Position numbers and translations under genes: made by a program
The notes under the pieces: model-generated
What the model saw: only the letters and a program-made list of their open reading frames with translations
The model's database searches: none
Told to the model about the DNA's origin: nothing
NCBI GenBank assembly: GCA_002104905.1
Contig: MCFE01000085.1
Coordinates: forward strand, 62,001-126,000
Reading direction: 5' to 3'
DNA from: Basidiobolus meristosporus CBS 931.73
Lineage: Eukaryota > Fungi > Basidiobolomycota
DNA length: 64,000 bases
In this document: piece by piece, positions 38,600 through 50,646 of the stretch
Numbering within the stretch: position 1 is the first letter of the stretch
Layout of the letters: each line of letters begins with the position of its first letter

Positions 38600-38945
38600 T
38601 TGATTATCCTGAAATAAAGTAGTAGGCATTTTTCGACATAAATTTGAATCTTTAAAAAGTTTCCGTAACCACATTGCTTCTCTTTTAGCTTCACAGGCTA
38701 CCATATACTCTGCCCTAGTGGTAGACAGTGCTACAGTTGGTTGCTTTCTTGAATTTTATGAAATTGCTCCTTTACAATAAAGAAAGGTGTATCCTGTAGT
38801 GGGTCTTCTGTCTTCTAAATTTTGTCCCCAGTCAGCATCAGATTATCCCACAGGATCTTGTTCTGCATTCTTATTGGTGTATCTTGAGCAGATATCAGCA
38901 GCTCATTTTAGGTATCTAAAAGTCTGCTTAACTGCTGCAAAATGG
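38600..38945 (-). pseudogene. Copia RT-end/RNase H island between two family A termini
   Basis: AAVKQTFRYLK...GSCG*SDADWGQNLEDRRPTTGYTFLYCKGAIS*NSRKQPTVALSTTRAEY. Confidence 0.8.
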
Positions 38946-41900
38946 CCCTAAAAAATGATTGGGTCCCACAGGTGGATCCAATCCAGATCAGCTGTTAAGG
39001 TCCCATAATGATACTGCAATAATATCAGTAGCTTGGAATTAATGACCATCCACACAATCTTGTGACCGGATCACAACAGTGTTTTGCTAATTTTACAGCC
39101 AAATAAAGTTAATAAAATATAATAGTATGGTGTTTTGCCAAGGGTGGCATGGCATTGCTGCAGTTTAAGTGCACTCTACAACCATTTGAGTGGATCCAAC
39201 AGCCAGTACATCCAGTTGCCTTATATGGCAAGATATTTGACAGTGTTTTGATGGCCTCATTGCAAGCCTCTGATGACATTATAATAGCAGTATGGCAGCC
39301 TATAGCTAGTTCTGTATAATGCTATCATACCAGTTTACCAAATGGTATTTCCTTCTCTACCTCCCTTGTGCAATTCATATATTCCACTGAAGAATTACAC
39401 CTCTTTATTTGCTTAACCACTACCCTGGGTATTTCACATATAGCTCAAATCAAAAAATACTATGTCCTCATGCTTACTAACCTCTACAAATGCACACATC
39501 TGCCACAATTGACATACTTCTATCAACTCAACTTTACAGCTTTTTAGTGTGATACTTGCAAAGTTGCCATATACCTTGTACTGCCGGTAACATACACATC
39601 TTGCAAACATATGCTTGGTTGTTGCCAATACTGCCATGAATACCTCCTGAATATGCACAAAGAACTTCTTGGTATTGAGCCAATATATTCCTTCTCCCTG
39701 CTGAATTCTGGTTCCCCATATAGGTGCACTCTGGCTCTTGTTTGTGTGAATTACATATTGAATGGTGTAGAAGTTGGCTTGTGACCATGAGAAATCTGGC
39801 ATACCTTGCTAAAGTTTTCCTAATACAAATTAGTTGCTTGGTGCACCCAACCCAACTTTGGATTACTTAACTGATTACCCACACATTGGGGCTGCTTAGC
39901 TTCTTAATGACATAGGCATAGGTGTCTCCATGTGCACATTTGTCCTCAGTATTTTCCAACTCTTTCTGGCAGTCCTCCATGTGCCAACCCATCACATCCA
40001 TGACAGATTTGAATGAAATATTCTTGATGAGATTGGGATATAGTAGTACCTGCAACTTGACTTATTGTCCTATCTGCCCCCACATCTGCTCCATAGGAAA
40101 CTCCCAAAAGGTGAAGCAAGGCCCAGTATCCTCCACACACCATGCAGGCTCATGTGTGGTACTGTTGTTAAGGGAGATAGGCTCGCAATCCATCAGTGAG
40201 CCTTCTTTGTCAGAGCTATCACTCTGTGTGCCATATTCAGAAGGCTGAGATGAGGCTAAAGGCATCACAAACTCACCTGACTCAGTTTGTGCAAGGTGAC
40301 AAAGACAGCCAGATGCCAATACAGAAGTATCAAATGGTTAACATGATAATGATGGTACAGTAGTGACTGATGAATGGTCAAATATGACTTGTGTGGCAAA
40401 ACACTGGCCATGATCCTTGTAATACTTCCTATGCTGCCTGTGTGCTTCATGACTGAGATGCTTGCTACAACAGCCACATGGTCTTTTTTCTCTTCTCTTA
40501 CAGCATTGAACCAAAGTAGTCTTCTCCATGGGGCAAGCAATTTGACCTTTGACAACATTATGCTATTATACCACTTTTTGGCCCATACTTGTGTGAGCTT
40601 ACAACAGTCTTGTATTTGAGACATTGCACCTACATCAATGTAAGATCCAATGATGACCCTCCATGGTAAGCATTATAAGTAAAGTTGTGGCACCACATAC
40701 ACACATATATGTAACACTATTTCCTCTTTGGTTTGACTCACTTCTATATATATGCCACCTAAAAATAAAGCAAAGTTGCCTGGATCCCAACCAAACCCCA
40801 CTGCTGATGGTAGCAGAAGAACAGTTGGACAACAGCTTGCTTTGGCATTCAGTGCAACAAGCAGGGCTACATGCAAAAAAGATCATGTTACAGTGTGTGC
40901 ACTAAAGGTAGTAATGCAGACTCCTCAGGCTCTTAGTCAAGTAGGCAATTGAAAATCTCTACAGAGCCACAAGCTGACCATCATGCTCAGGCAGATGAGA
41001 ATGTATCAAAGGGAGTACCCTCAATTGAATACCAGCAAGTAGCTGTGATAACATCATCTCCACCCATATTAGCTAGTATGCTGTCAGCTCATACCAAAGC
41101 ATTAATGAAGCAACAAGGTGCAGTGGCTGATAGAATAGATGCAATGTCCTAGAGAAATCAGGATATAATCCAGAAACAGGTTGAGTGGATAATACATGCA
41201 GAGCAATCAATAGCCCAGGTAGATGAAGCAGTATCTTTGCTGTAAAGAAGGAACTTAAGTAGTTCAATGTCACAGCCAAGAATTGAGCCATTTGCCAATG
41301 TAACAGCAGAGGAACACTGTTCAGTCTTTGAAGCACAACAACAGTGCCCAAAGATAAAGCCCACAGAAAACCCTATCACAGCGTGGGAGGGAGACAATGT
41401 GGTAACCCTAACCCTAAGAACAAGGGTGCCATGGCTAAAAGCCAGCAGCTTCCACAAGAGCTTGTTACAACCAGGGCTGAAAGCTCTAGACAAGCATCAA
41501 AGAGATGTGAGGTAGCTGGAAGAGTACCAATTAGGGAGTTTCCACTCAAGCCTGTGACAGGGAAGCATGCAAAAAAAGCTGTAGTTCTTGCCAATTAATG
41601 CTGCAAGCCCTGAGCATGCTGAATCCCATCACAGCCAAGAAGAGTTACCAACAAGAAAACAGCTGCTTTTACAAGAGTTGGAAGTGCAGCCAGTTGTGCT
41701 ACACTCCAGCAAGGTAGATGAGTTTGCAGAAAAAGGCAATTTGTCTACCACAGCTTCCATGTCCTCCATTGTTGACAGAGTGGAAATTCCACTGGCACAG
41801 AAGGCTACAATGTCAAGAACTCAAAAGACTATCACAATGCCTTCAGTGGAACTTTGGAACATTAATAGGCACACCAAGAGGTTGCAGCACTTCTTCAAGA

Positions 41901-42546
41901 GCAGTTCTCAAGAAAACACACTTGAACATTGCAAGGATCTGTTGCAAAGACTGGCAGATGAAGAGCTAGACCTTGCAGTGCTGGCTGAAGACCAGGATAT
42001 GTGGGAGCCAGTGAATGAACAGTGGCATAAAGCTGTTGAGTTCCCACCAATGTTGTGGAACCAGATTGTCACAGCAGAAACACTAGCTGAGTGGTGGATT
42101 TTAAGGAGTTACTTGTTGAGATTGGAGTTGGGCTTAATGCTACAACAGGGTATAGGGACTTGTATAGGTCAATACAACTGGCAATTAGGGTACAACTGAA
42201 GTTTTGACAGAAATAAATCAATTTGTATGCATGAGAAGTAAGAGAAACAGTTGAGTCAGGAAGTAAGGAGTGTGAAAAAGAGGCAATAGCCAATCAATGC
42301 ATGCAAACATAGGAGGTGATAGAGTGTCCAAGATCAGAAAGTGAGCAAATTGGCAGGGAACCAATCAAAAGCCACTTATATATTGTTGTGATGAAAAGTT
42401 TTGACAAAGTTTCTTGTGAAATCTGGGTGCAATTATTTTTCAATGGCTGCTGGATGGTGTCCTGCTGGGATCAGTACCTCTTAGTCATGAGACTTTAAAT
42501 CTGTGATGGCCTTTTGACAAGATCATTACAATAGTTTTTCATAGGG
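38946..42546. mobile_element. CACTA-like family A, copy A8: both termini, internally deleted transposase (-) and ORF2 (+)
   Basis: Starts CCCTAAAAAATGATT and ends TTTTTCATAGGG. The transposase N-terminus is fused to the WCVEDTGP...EFPMEQ block. ORF2 runs from ATG 40752 to 42199 with the repeat region deleted. The flanks ATGG/CATA are not a TSD. Confidence 0.88.
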
Positions 42547-45500
42547 CATAGGATACTGTTTGATCCAGGATCATAGCTCTTGCCATATTAATTATCAATC
42601 TGCTTGCACTTTCTGCAACTCCTTTTTGCTGTGAAGAGTATGGTACAGTAGTCTCTTGCTTTATCTCATGAATTTTGCAGAAGTGGATGAAGAATTTTGA
42701 GGTACATTCTCCACCATTGTCAAAGCATATTTTCTTGATTTTTTCACCAGTTTCTCTCTCCACTATGGCTTTAAACTCCTGGACTTAGACAGAGCTTCTT
42801 CCTTTCTCTCCATGAAGTAGACACACATGTATCTTGTATAATAATCAATAAAAGCAATTACTACTCCATCCCACCAAAGGATAAATTTTCATAGGTCTGC
42901 ATAGATCTAAGTGAATTAGATCCAATTTCTGGTTAGTTTTGATTAACTCATAGCTCTTGAACAGTTGTCTGGCTTGCTTCCCACAAATGCAGGCTTCACA
43001 GTGCTTCAAATTAGCTGAGGGATCAAATTTTACTCAGGTAATTAGCTGTTCTTTGATCATTTGACCCAATTGTGCAAAGGTCTCAGTAGAGTCAGGTCCT
43101 TTTGTTTGAGAGTATTTTTTAGCCACAAGTCTTGCTTTGTATCTTTCAATTGAACCATCAACCTTGTATTTTGTCTTAAAAACCCATCTGCATCAAATTG
43201 ATTTTTGGTTGATTGGCAATTAGACTAAGTTCCAAGTTTGATTTTCCATTAAGGCCTGATATTCCTCAGTCATTGCAGATCTCCAAGACTTTGTCTGAGG
43301 GCTATTCAGGGCCTCCTTTCAAGTCTGGGGCTCATCAATATGGACTGAATAGTCATAGGCTAAGTTTATATCCTCATTGATATAGTAATATGGGCTATTT
43401 CTTGTCCAATTGGATCTCTGAGCATTTGATACTGGAATGATCACTTCTGGCATATTCCTGGGCACTGCTTGAGACTGAATCACAGTTGTAGAGTCCTCTG
43501 GAGTGAAAAAAGTTTCATTGTTTTGCTTTGATTCAATTCTGGCAATTGGTGGACTTGAGATCAGATCTTTGTCATCATCTGATGCCATTTTTTGTTAAAA
43601 TCTTGCATTTTCATCAAACAACACATCCCTGTACTTGATTAGCTTCTTTACTTTGGTATTGTAGAGTCTCTATGCTTTACTCTCATTGTAATAGCCCAAA
43701 AATATGCATTTTACACTTTTTGGCTCAAATTTTGGCTGATTTCTGGGCAGTTTCTTGGCATATGCTGTACACCCAAATATTCTTAGATGTTCTGCACTTG
43801 GTCTGTATTTGTACCATGCTTCAAATGGAGTGAAATCACAAAGTATTCTGTTATTACTCCCATTCTTAAGGTATACAACTGTGGCAACTGATATAGCCCA
43901 AAAGTTATAGAATAATTTTTGATCATGGATCACAGATCTTGCCATAGCAATTATTGATCTGTTTGCACATTCTGTTACTCCATTTTGCTCTGGGGAGTAT
44001 AGTACAGTAGTCTCTTGCTTTATCACATGAATTTTGCAGAAGTGAATGAAGAGTTCTGAGGTATATTTCCAACAATTGTTAGAGCGTATTTTCTTGATTT
44101 TTTCACCGATTTCTCTTTTCACCATGGCTTTAAACTCCCTGAACTTAGACCAAGCTTCTTCCTTTCTCTCAACAGAGTAGACCCACATGTATCTTGTATA
44201 ATCATCAATAAAAGTGATTAATACTTTGTCCTGCCTAAGGATGAATTTTGCATAGTTCCACACAGATCTGAGTGAATTAGATCTAATTTTTTCTTAGTAT
44301 TGATTAACCCAGGGCTCTTGAACAGTTGTCTGTCTTGTTTCCCATATATGCAGGCTTCACAGTGCTGCAAATTAGCTGGGGGATCAATTTTTACTCTGGA
44401 AACTAGCTGATCTTTGATTATCTTGAGCAAATAATGAAAATTGATGTGCCCAAATCTTCTGTGCCAAAGCATTGGTGTTTCTTCATTCAAGTTACTTATA
44501 TGGCCTTCAAACATGATGGAATATAGGTCAACTTGTATAGATTCTGATCTCTGATACACAAAGCAATATGGGCACCATTTTGATCAGTGATCTTGCATCC
44601 AGAATTGTCAAAGCTGAAATTGAGTCCTTCTGCAGTGGCCTTGCTTACAAATAGTAGGTTCCTGGTGATTCCTGCTACATAGAGTACTTATTTAAAGGTC
44701 ATTGTATGGCTTCCTTCACTGCTTTTAAGGATTACTTGGATGGTTCCTTCTCCCACTGCATTGAGTGTTCTATTGTCACCCAAGAAAACCTTTTTGATTG
44801 GAATTTCTTGATATTGGGTAAAAAGTTCTTTTTGGTGGGTAAAGTGTTGCAATGCTCCAGAGTCAATGTACCATGTCTGAGAATCCTTGTTAGTGGTCAT
44901 ATTTAGTGCAGATATGAATAGTCTATCTTCAGTTGTTGCAGTATTTCCATATTCAGGCTTTTTTGCTGATTATCTCTCTTTTTGAGACACTGGTCTGATG
45001 TGTGTCCTTTCCTTTTGAAGTAGTTGCAAAACAGGTTGCTATTGCCTTTGTAAGGTCTTGGGTACCTCCTTTGTTGGTTATCATTGCTTATTAAAGCATT
45101 TCCTCTTCCTTCTTATTGGTGCTTGATTTTCTTAATTCTTCATTCAGGAGCCTTCCATATATGTAATTTAAGGTCAAATCTTCAGTTCTGGACTCTAGGA
45201 CTAATACAAGGCCCTGAAACCTGCCTGTCAGGCTATTCAGGATGGTAATTATCACATCCACATTGGTAGTTAGTGCGCCCATAGATTCCATTGCATCTAC
45301 CAGCAGTGTAATTCTGTTAATTAGATTTTTCATTTCTTCTCCTGACCACATCTTTGTAGTAAAGAATTTTTGTCTCAGATACATTTTCTTAGCAGCTGAA
45401 CATGACTGCTAGGTGTCTTCTAGTGCCTTCCAGGCACTCTTTGAGGTTTTTGCTTGAGCATTGAATTAACAATTTGTCTTTAACATTAAGGCAAATGCAG

Positions 45501-46080
45501 TTAAAGGCACTTTGTTCTTTCTTCTGGTACTTTAGGGCTTCCTCTCCCATGTTTTTAGGAGGGCATTCTTCTCCCATTACAATATCCCAAAGGCCTCTTT
45601 CTTGTAGTAGCATCTTCATCTTCACCTTCCACACTTGGTAGTTAGATCCATCCAACTTTTCAGCAGAGGAAGAAATTCCAGTAAGAGCAGTGGTAGACAC
45701 TGCACAGAGTGACAGCTTGGGGCTCATAACCTGTTGTAAGAGTCTTGGAGATATTTGAAGTAATTGGGAGGAGAAGTAGATTATGTGTTTTTCACTTAAT
45801 GATTTATTGAATGTAAAAGTAGTATTTATACTTTTACATGGTCTTGGCATAACAAACACATAGAATAAGCTAAGGATGGCCCCAAGAACATGTGCGCAAA
45901 GTTTGAGGCTGTTTGGACAACTTTGAGAATTTTCATGTTCTGGGTACCTGGTATTTTGGTGAGTATATTCCAAGTAAATCCCAACAAGAAATTTGGTCAG
46001 TATTCTCTAGGATTTGAAGATGATGAACTAAGTGACTAAGTTAGGTGAATATTTAGGTGGAATTACAAATTTTTAGTACA
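42547..46080 (-). mobile_element. Ty1/copia family C2, decayed: 5' LTR 45732-46080, PBS, gag, PR, integrase, RT start, plus a duplicated integrase piece (42547-43020)
   Basis: PBS GGTTATGAGCCCC at 45719-45731; LDGSNYQVWKVKMKMLL, WYIDSGALQH, LWHRRFGHIN, IHSDLCG, EQNGVTECANRS. Confidence 0.88.
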
Positions 46081-47679
46081 AGATCCATGCAACTTCTCAG
46101 CAGAGGGAGAAATTCCAGTAATAGCAGCAGGTACATTGCAGAGAGTGACAGCTTTGGGCTTATAACCTGTTGCAAGAGTCTTGGAGATGTTGGAAGCAAT
46201 TTGAGAGGACAAGTAGATTATGTGGTTTTCACTGAATGATTAATTGAATGTAAAAGTAGTATTTATACTTTTACATGGTCTTACCATAGCAAACATGTAA
46301 AATAGGTTTAGGAGGGTCCCAAGAGCATGTGTGCAAAGTTTAGGGCTGTTTGGACAACTTTGACAATTGTCATGTTCTGTGTACCTGGTATTTTGGTGAA
46401 AATATTCTAGGTAAATACCAACAAGGAATTTGGTCAGTATTCTCTTGGATTTGAAGGTAATGATCCAAGTGACCAAGTTAGGTGAATATTTAGCTGGAAT
46501 TACAGATTTTACAACATTTACTTGGATAGAACCTTCTCTAACTGCATCAAGTGTCTAATTGGCATACATGAAAACCTTCTTAATTGGAACTTCTTGATAT
46601 TAGGTAAAGATCCTGTTTGGTGTGTAAAGTGGAGAGATACTCCAGAGTCAGTATACTGCATCTGAAAGTCCTAGCTTGCAGTCATATTTAGTGCAGATAT
46701 AAATAGTCTACCTTCAGTTATTGCAGCAATTCCATATTCAGGTCTTTTCAGCAAATTATCTCTCTTTTAAAGCACCTGTATGATGAGTGTCCTTTCCGTT
46801 TGCAATAGCTGCAAGAAAGGTGGCTGTTGCCCTTAAAGGGCTTTGAGTACCTTTGTTGTTGGCTATAATTGCTTATTTAGGCCTTTTCTTTGACCTTCTA
46901 ATTGGTGCTTGATTTTGTTAATTCTTCTTCAAGGAGGCTTCCATATGCATAATTCAAGGCCAAATATTCAGTTCTGAGCTCTAGAGTTGATACAAGGCCT
47001 GAAACTTGTCTGTCAGGCTATTCCAGATGGTAACTATCACATCTTCATTAGTAGTTAGTACACCCACTGATTCCATCTCATCTACTAATAGGGTGATTCT
47101 GTTAATTAGATGTTTTGTTTCTTCTCTTGGCAGCATCTTTGTGGTAAGGCATTTTTGTCAAAGATATATTCTCTTAGCAGCTGAACATGACTGGTAGGTG
47201 TCTTCTAATGCCTTTCAGGCATTCTTTGCTATTTTTCTGGTTAAGTATTGAATTAACAAATTGTCTTTAGCATTGAGGCAAGTGTAGTCAAAGGTGTTAT
47301 ATTCATTCTTCTGGTACTCTGAGGTTACCTTGCACCCATTGTTAGGAAGGCATTCTTCTCCCATAACAATATCCCAAAGGCCTCTTTGCTGCTGCAGCAC
47401 CTTCATCTTTACCTTCCATACCCGGTAGTTAGATCCATCTAACTTTTGAGCAGAGGGAGAAATTCCAGTAATAGTAGCAGGTACATTGCAGAGAGTGACA
47501 GCTTGGGGCTCAAAATCTGTTTTAAGAGTTTTGGAGATAATGGAAGTGGTTGGGAGAACATGTAGCCTATGTGGTTTTCACATAACAATATATTCAATGT
47601 ACAGTAGTATCTATACCTTCACATGGTCCTGGTAAAGTATACACAAGGAATATGCTTGGGAAGGTCTCTAGAATGTGTG

Positions 47680-48315
47680 TGTTGTATCCAAGAGAAAGTG
47701 TAATAAAACTCTTGAATGGTTTAACTGAACCAAAGGGACAATTAAGTGCAGAATCTTATATAGCTGGGTTGGCTATAAAGACAATGATATTTGTTTGCTA
47801 GGTAGGCTAGGCTTGGTGTTCTTTGGAGTGCTAGATATACTAGGCTTGGATAGAAACTAGAACTGAATTGTTGGATTCTTATTTTTGCTGAGACAGAATC
47901 TTAATTTTGTTGAGACACACACTAAACCAAAAGGCTCAGTAAACTTTATTTATACTTTTCTGATCAAGTTGAATTAGTAAGCGCCAAGGGACTGGATTGA
48001 TTGAAATCAATTTGGGTGTTCATAGGTGCATAAGATAAATGAAAATTACATCATCAATCAACTGATGTCTTGGCAACTGCACAGTGGTTGGATAGATCTC
48101 AGATGACTAATCACCTGGGAAGGCTTGGCAGATAGGTTGATAACGTAATGACCATTTGAAAATAGATCAGGTGTGATAGCTAAAAATAGATTGTGAGGTG
48201 GGATAAAATAAACTGTAACTGGGATTTGTTATGTTTGGGTTAGGGAAAATCAGTTAGGGTACTAGATTTTCAAATGGAGTAAAATTGGCTAAGTTTTCAA
48301 TGTTGATGCACAACA
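47680..48315 (-). mobile_element. Solo LTR of the chromovirus family, 636 bp
   Basis: TGTTG...CAACA, homologous to 25008-25674, TSD GTGTG/GTGTG. The host C2 LTR rejoins across it. Confidence 0.9.
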
Positions 48316-48594
48316 GTGTGTGCAAAGTCTGGGGCTGTTTGGACTACCTTGAGAAATTTCATGCTCTGGGCACATGATGTTTGTGTGGTAATATTCTAAG
48401 TAAATCCCAACAAGCAATATGCTCAGAACTCTCTCAGATTTGTAAGTAACAATCCAAGAGAATAAGTTTGGTTAGTATTTAGATGTAATCACAATATTTG
48501 CAACACTGTTGGCAGCTTAAGATGACTAATAGGGGTTCTCTATTCCTTCCAAACATTCCTTGCCATTTTGGCTCATGAGTATTGAATAAGCAGT

Positions 48595-48911
48595 CCCTAT
48601 GAAAATCCCAAACTTGGAGCTCACCTGATTTTCAGCCAGTATTCAGCTAGTATTCAAATGGTATTTTGCTGGCATTCTGTTGGTGTGTTTCCTTCAAATT
48701 TTGAGTTGCAATATTTGATGGGAGTAGGGAGCAGCTGATCTTCAAATCTAGTATGAATGCTAGATGGCCTAATCTCCTGCTGGTAGGTATGTCTGCTTAT
48801 CTGCCCTACAGTCAGTACCTGAGATGTTGACAGTTGTGATTTTTGAAAACTTGGACTTCAGTTGATATTATGTTGATATATTGCAGCCTTGTCTTAATTT
48901 TTTTCTTTGGG
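48595..48911 (-). mobile_element. MITE copy 3 (reverse orientation), 317 bp
   Basis: CCCTATGAAAA...TTTTCTTTGGG, reverse complement of 2837-3154; flanks CAGT/TAGT. Confidence 0.88.
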
Positions 48912-49098
48912 TAGTTGGTGCTTGAAACACATAAGCAGTTAAAGGCCTATTGTTCTTTCTTCTGATACTTTCAAGCTCCTTCTCCTACACCTTTACAAGG
49001 GCATTCTCCTCCTGTGAAAATATCCCAAAGGCTTCTTTCCTGCAGCATTGTCTTCAACTTCACATTCCAGACTTAGTAGTCAGATCCATCCAGCTGTT

Positions 49099-49418
49099 TG
49101 TTGTAACTATTTAGTTTACAACTGAACCATTCATATAACAAACAAATCTACCTGGCTTATTTCTAAGCTGTGAATTACATACCCAATATTTAGTTTGTCA
49201 GATTCTAGCTAATTCCTAGAATTAGTGATGGTCTGAAAGTAATCAATATGTTCAAACTTGTCCAAAGGCCACCAAACTATGCACACAGCTTCCTGGGACC
49301 CTCCTCACTGCACTCTCATCATCACAAAGTTCACCAAAAAGTATGAGTACTTTGTTTGAACTCAGTCAAACAACAAGTAAACATCACGCAGTTCTAGTTC
49401 TCCAGATCACTTGCAACA
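49099..49418 (+). repeat. Solo-LTR-like element distantly related to the C2 LTR; last repeat before gene space
   Basis: TGTTG...CAACA, 320 bp. CAAACTTGTCCAAAGGCACCAAACTATGCACACAGCTTCCTGGG resembles the C2 LTR core in opposite orientation. No TSD. Confidence 0.55.
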
Positions 49419-50646
49419 CTCGCTAGATTCTTGTAACCAAGTTCAAATAATTTGCTTGGTACCATCTCAGTGGGATAGAATATATTAGGGCCAGTCTTGA
49501 TGTACCATAGTAAGGGTAGCATGAAGTTGTATTCCAATATCCGCTGGCAGGCACTAGATGCAACCAAACTGAATATATAGATAATACGGACTAAAAATAC
49601 ATGTACAAGTAGCTACGAGTTTGGGGTTAACCAACCACCACGTGCGAATTACCGCCTTCAGAATTGGCAAATACCTCCCGCAGAACATTTGCCACTTGAC
49701 TCGCTCATCCTGATTCATGAGAGCATATTTCAGCAATATTACCATGGAAACAGCTACTACTTTGGCCAAGACTATTGGAAAATCCGGATTATGCATGATC
49801 CCTTACGATGCGGGTCGCAGGAAGGAAGTGACAAAGAGCAACCCTTAGTGGGCATCTTGAGTCAGCGGGGATGAATATTACATCACAAAGGATCGCGATG
49901 GAATTCCATATTGGACCGGGCGCAAGATCGTCAGGCAATTTCCAATTCCCACCAGGATCGGGGCAACGTCCCATCTACCTTCTCTGTAGTCTGTTCCGGG
50001 ATTTCCGCTTTCTCCAGCCCCTACTCAGCCCGGTCACTTCTCCACCCGACTCTTTCCATTGTTTGACGGGTCATCTCAGACCTTCTTGGCTGTGATGCGC
50101 TAACTCGCGAGTCATTTTGAAACCAGTTCCCATGGAGGCTACTGATTCGAGGATGCAGCATTGATGCGGCCCAAGTTGGGAAGACGCTCTTTCATGGGCT
50201 TCTTATCAGTGAGATACGGGCAAAACCTGACGAATGCATGATTATGCTGGCAGCTTGGAATTATCCGAACCCACCACCCTGCCCCTACACTGCACCCGCG
50301 CCGTATCTGATCGTAATTAAGCCTATTTGGCTTGAAGCACTACTCCGCAAATTTGAGCGCATGTGACGGGCTCCCAATCATCGCCCACCGTGTCACGGTT
50401 ACTGACATGTTGGTGCGACGGGGGGTTTATCCGCGATGCCAATGCCGATGCCCATACGATGGGTGGGTGTGGGGTTTATTTGGATTACCTAAGATTTAGC
50501 TAATTCATAGTGGGTTGGGTTCGTTAGCGAGGAACGGAGATTAGGGCGCAAGCACCGTGGATTAAGTCAGCGGGAAGTCAAAAATAAGGGTAGGGGTCCT
50601 CCCTCACCGGGTTTTTACATGTGTCAGAGATGGGGACTGACGCGAG

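Larger units (their letters stand above)
46081..49098 (-). repeat. Head-to-tail C2 gag-stub/LTR modules (LTRs 46168-46516 and 47518-48505)
   Basis: Each LTR matches 45732-46080. Each is followed on minus by a PBS-like sequence and a gag 5' fragment of varying length (87 bp, ~1 kb). A further gag fragment lies at 48506-49098. Confidence 0.8.

Noticed and set aside
41588-42199. 203-aa ORF as an independent host gene
   Set aside because: It is the C-terminal part of family A ORF2, repeated in most copies and bounded by TIRs.
38942-42550. Target-site duplication around copy A8
   Set aside because: The flanks ATGG and CATA do not match and derive from non-adjacent copia regions.
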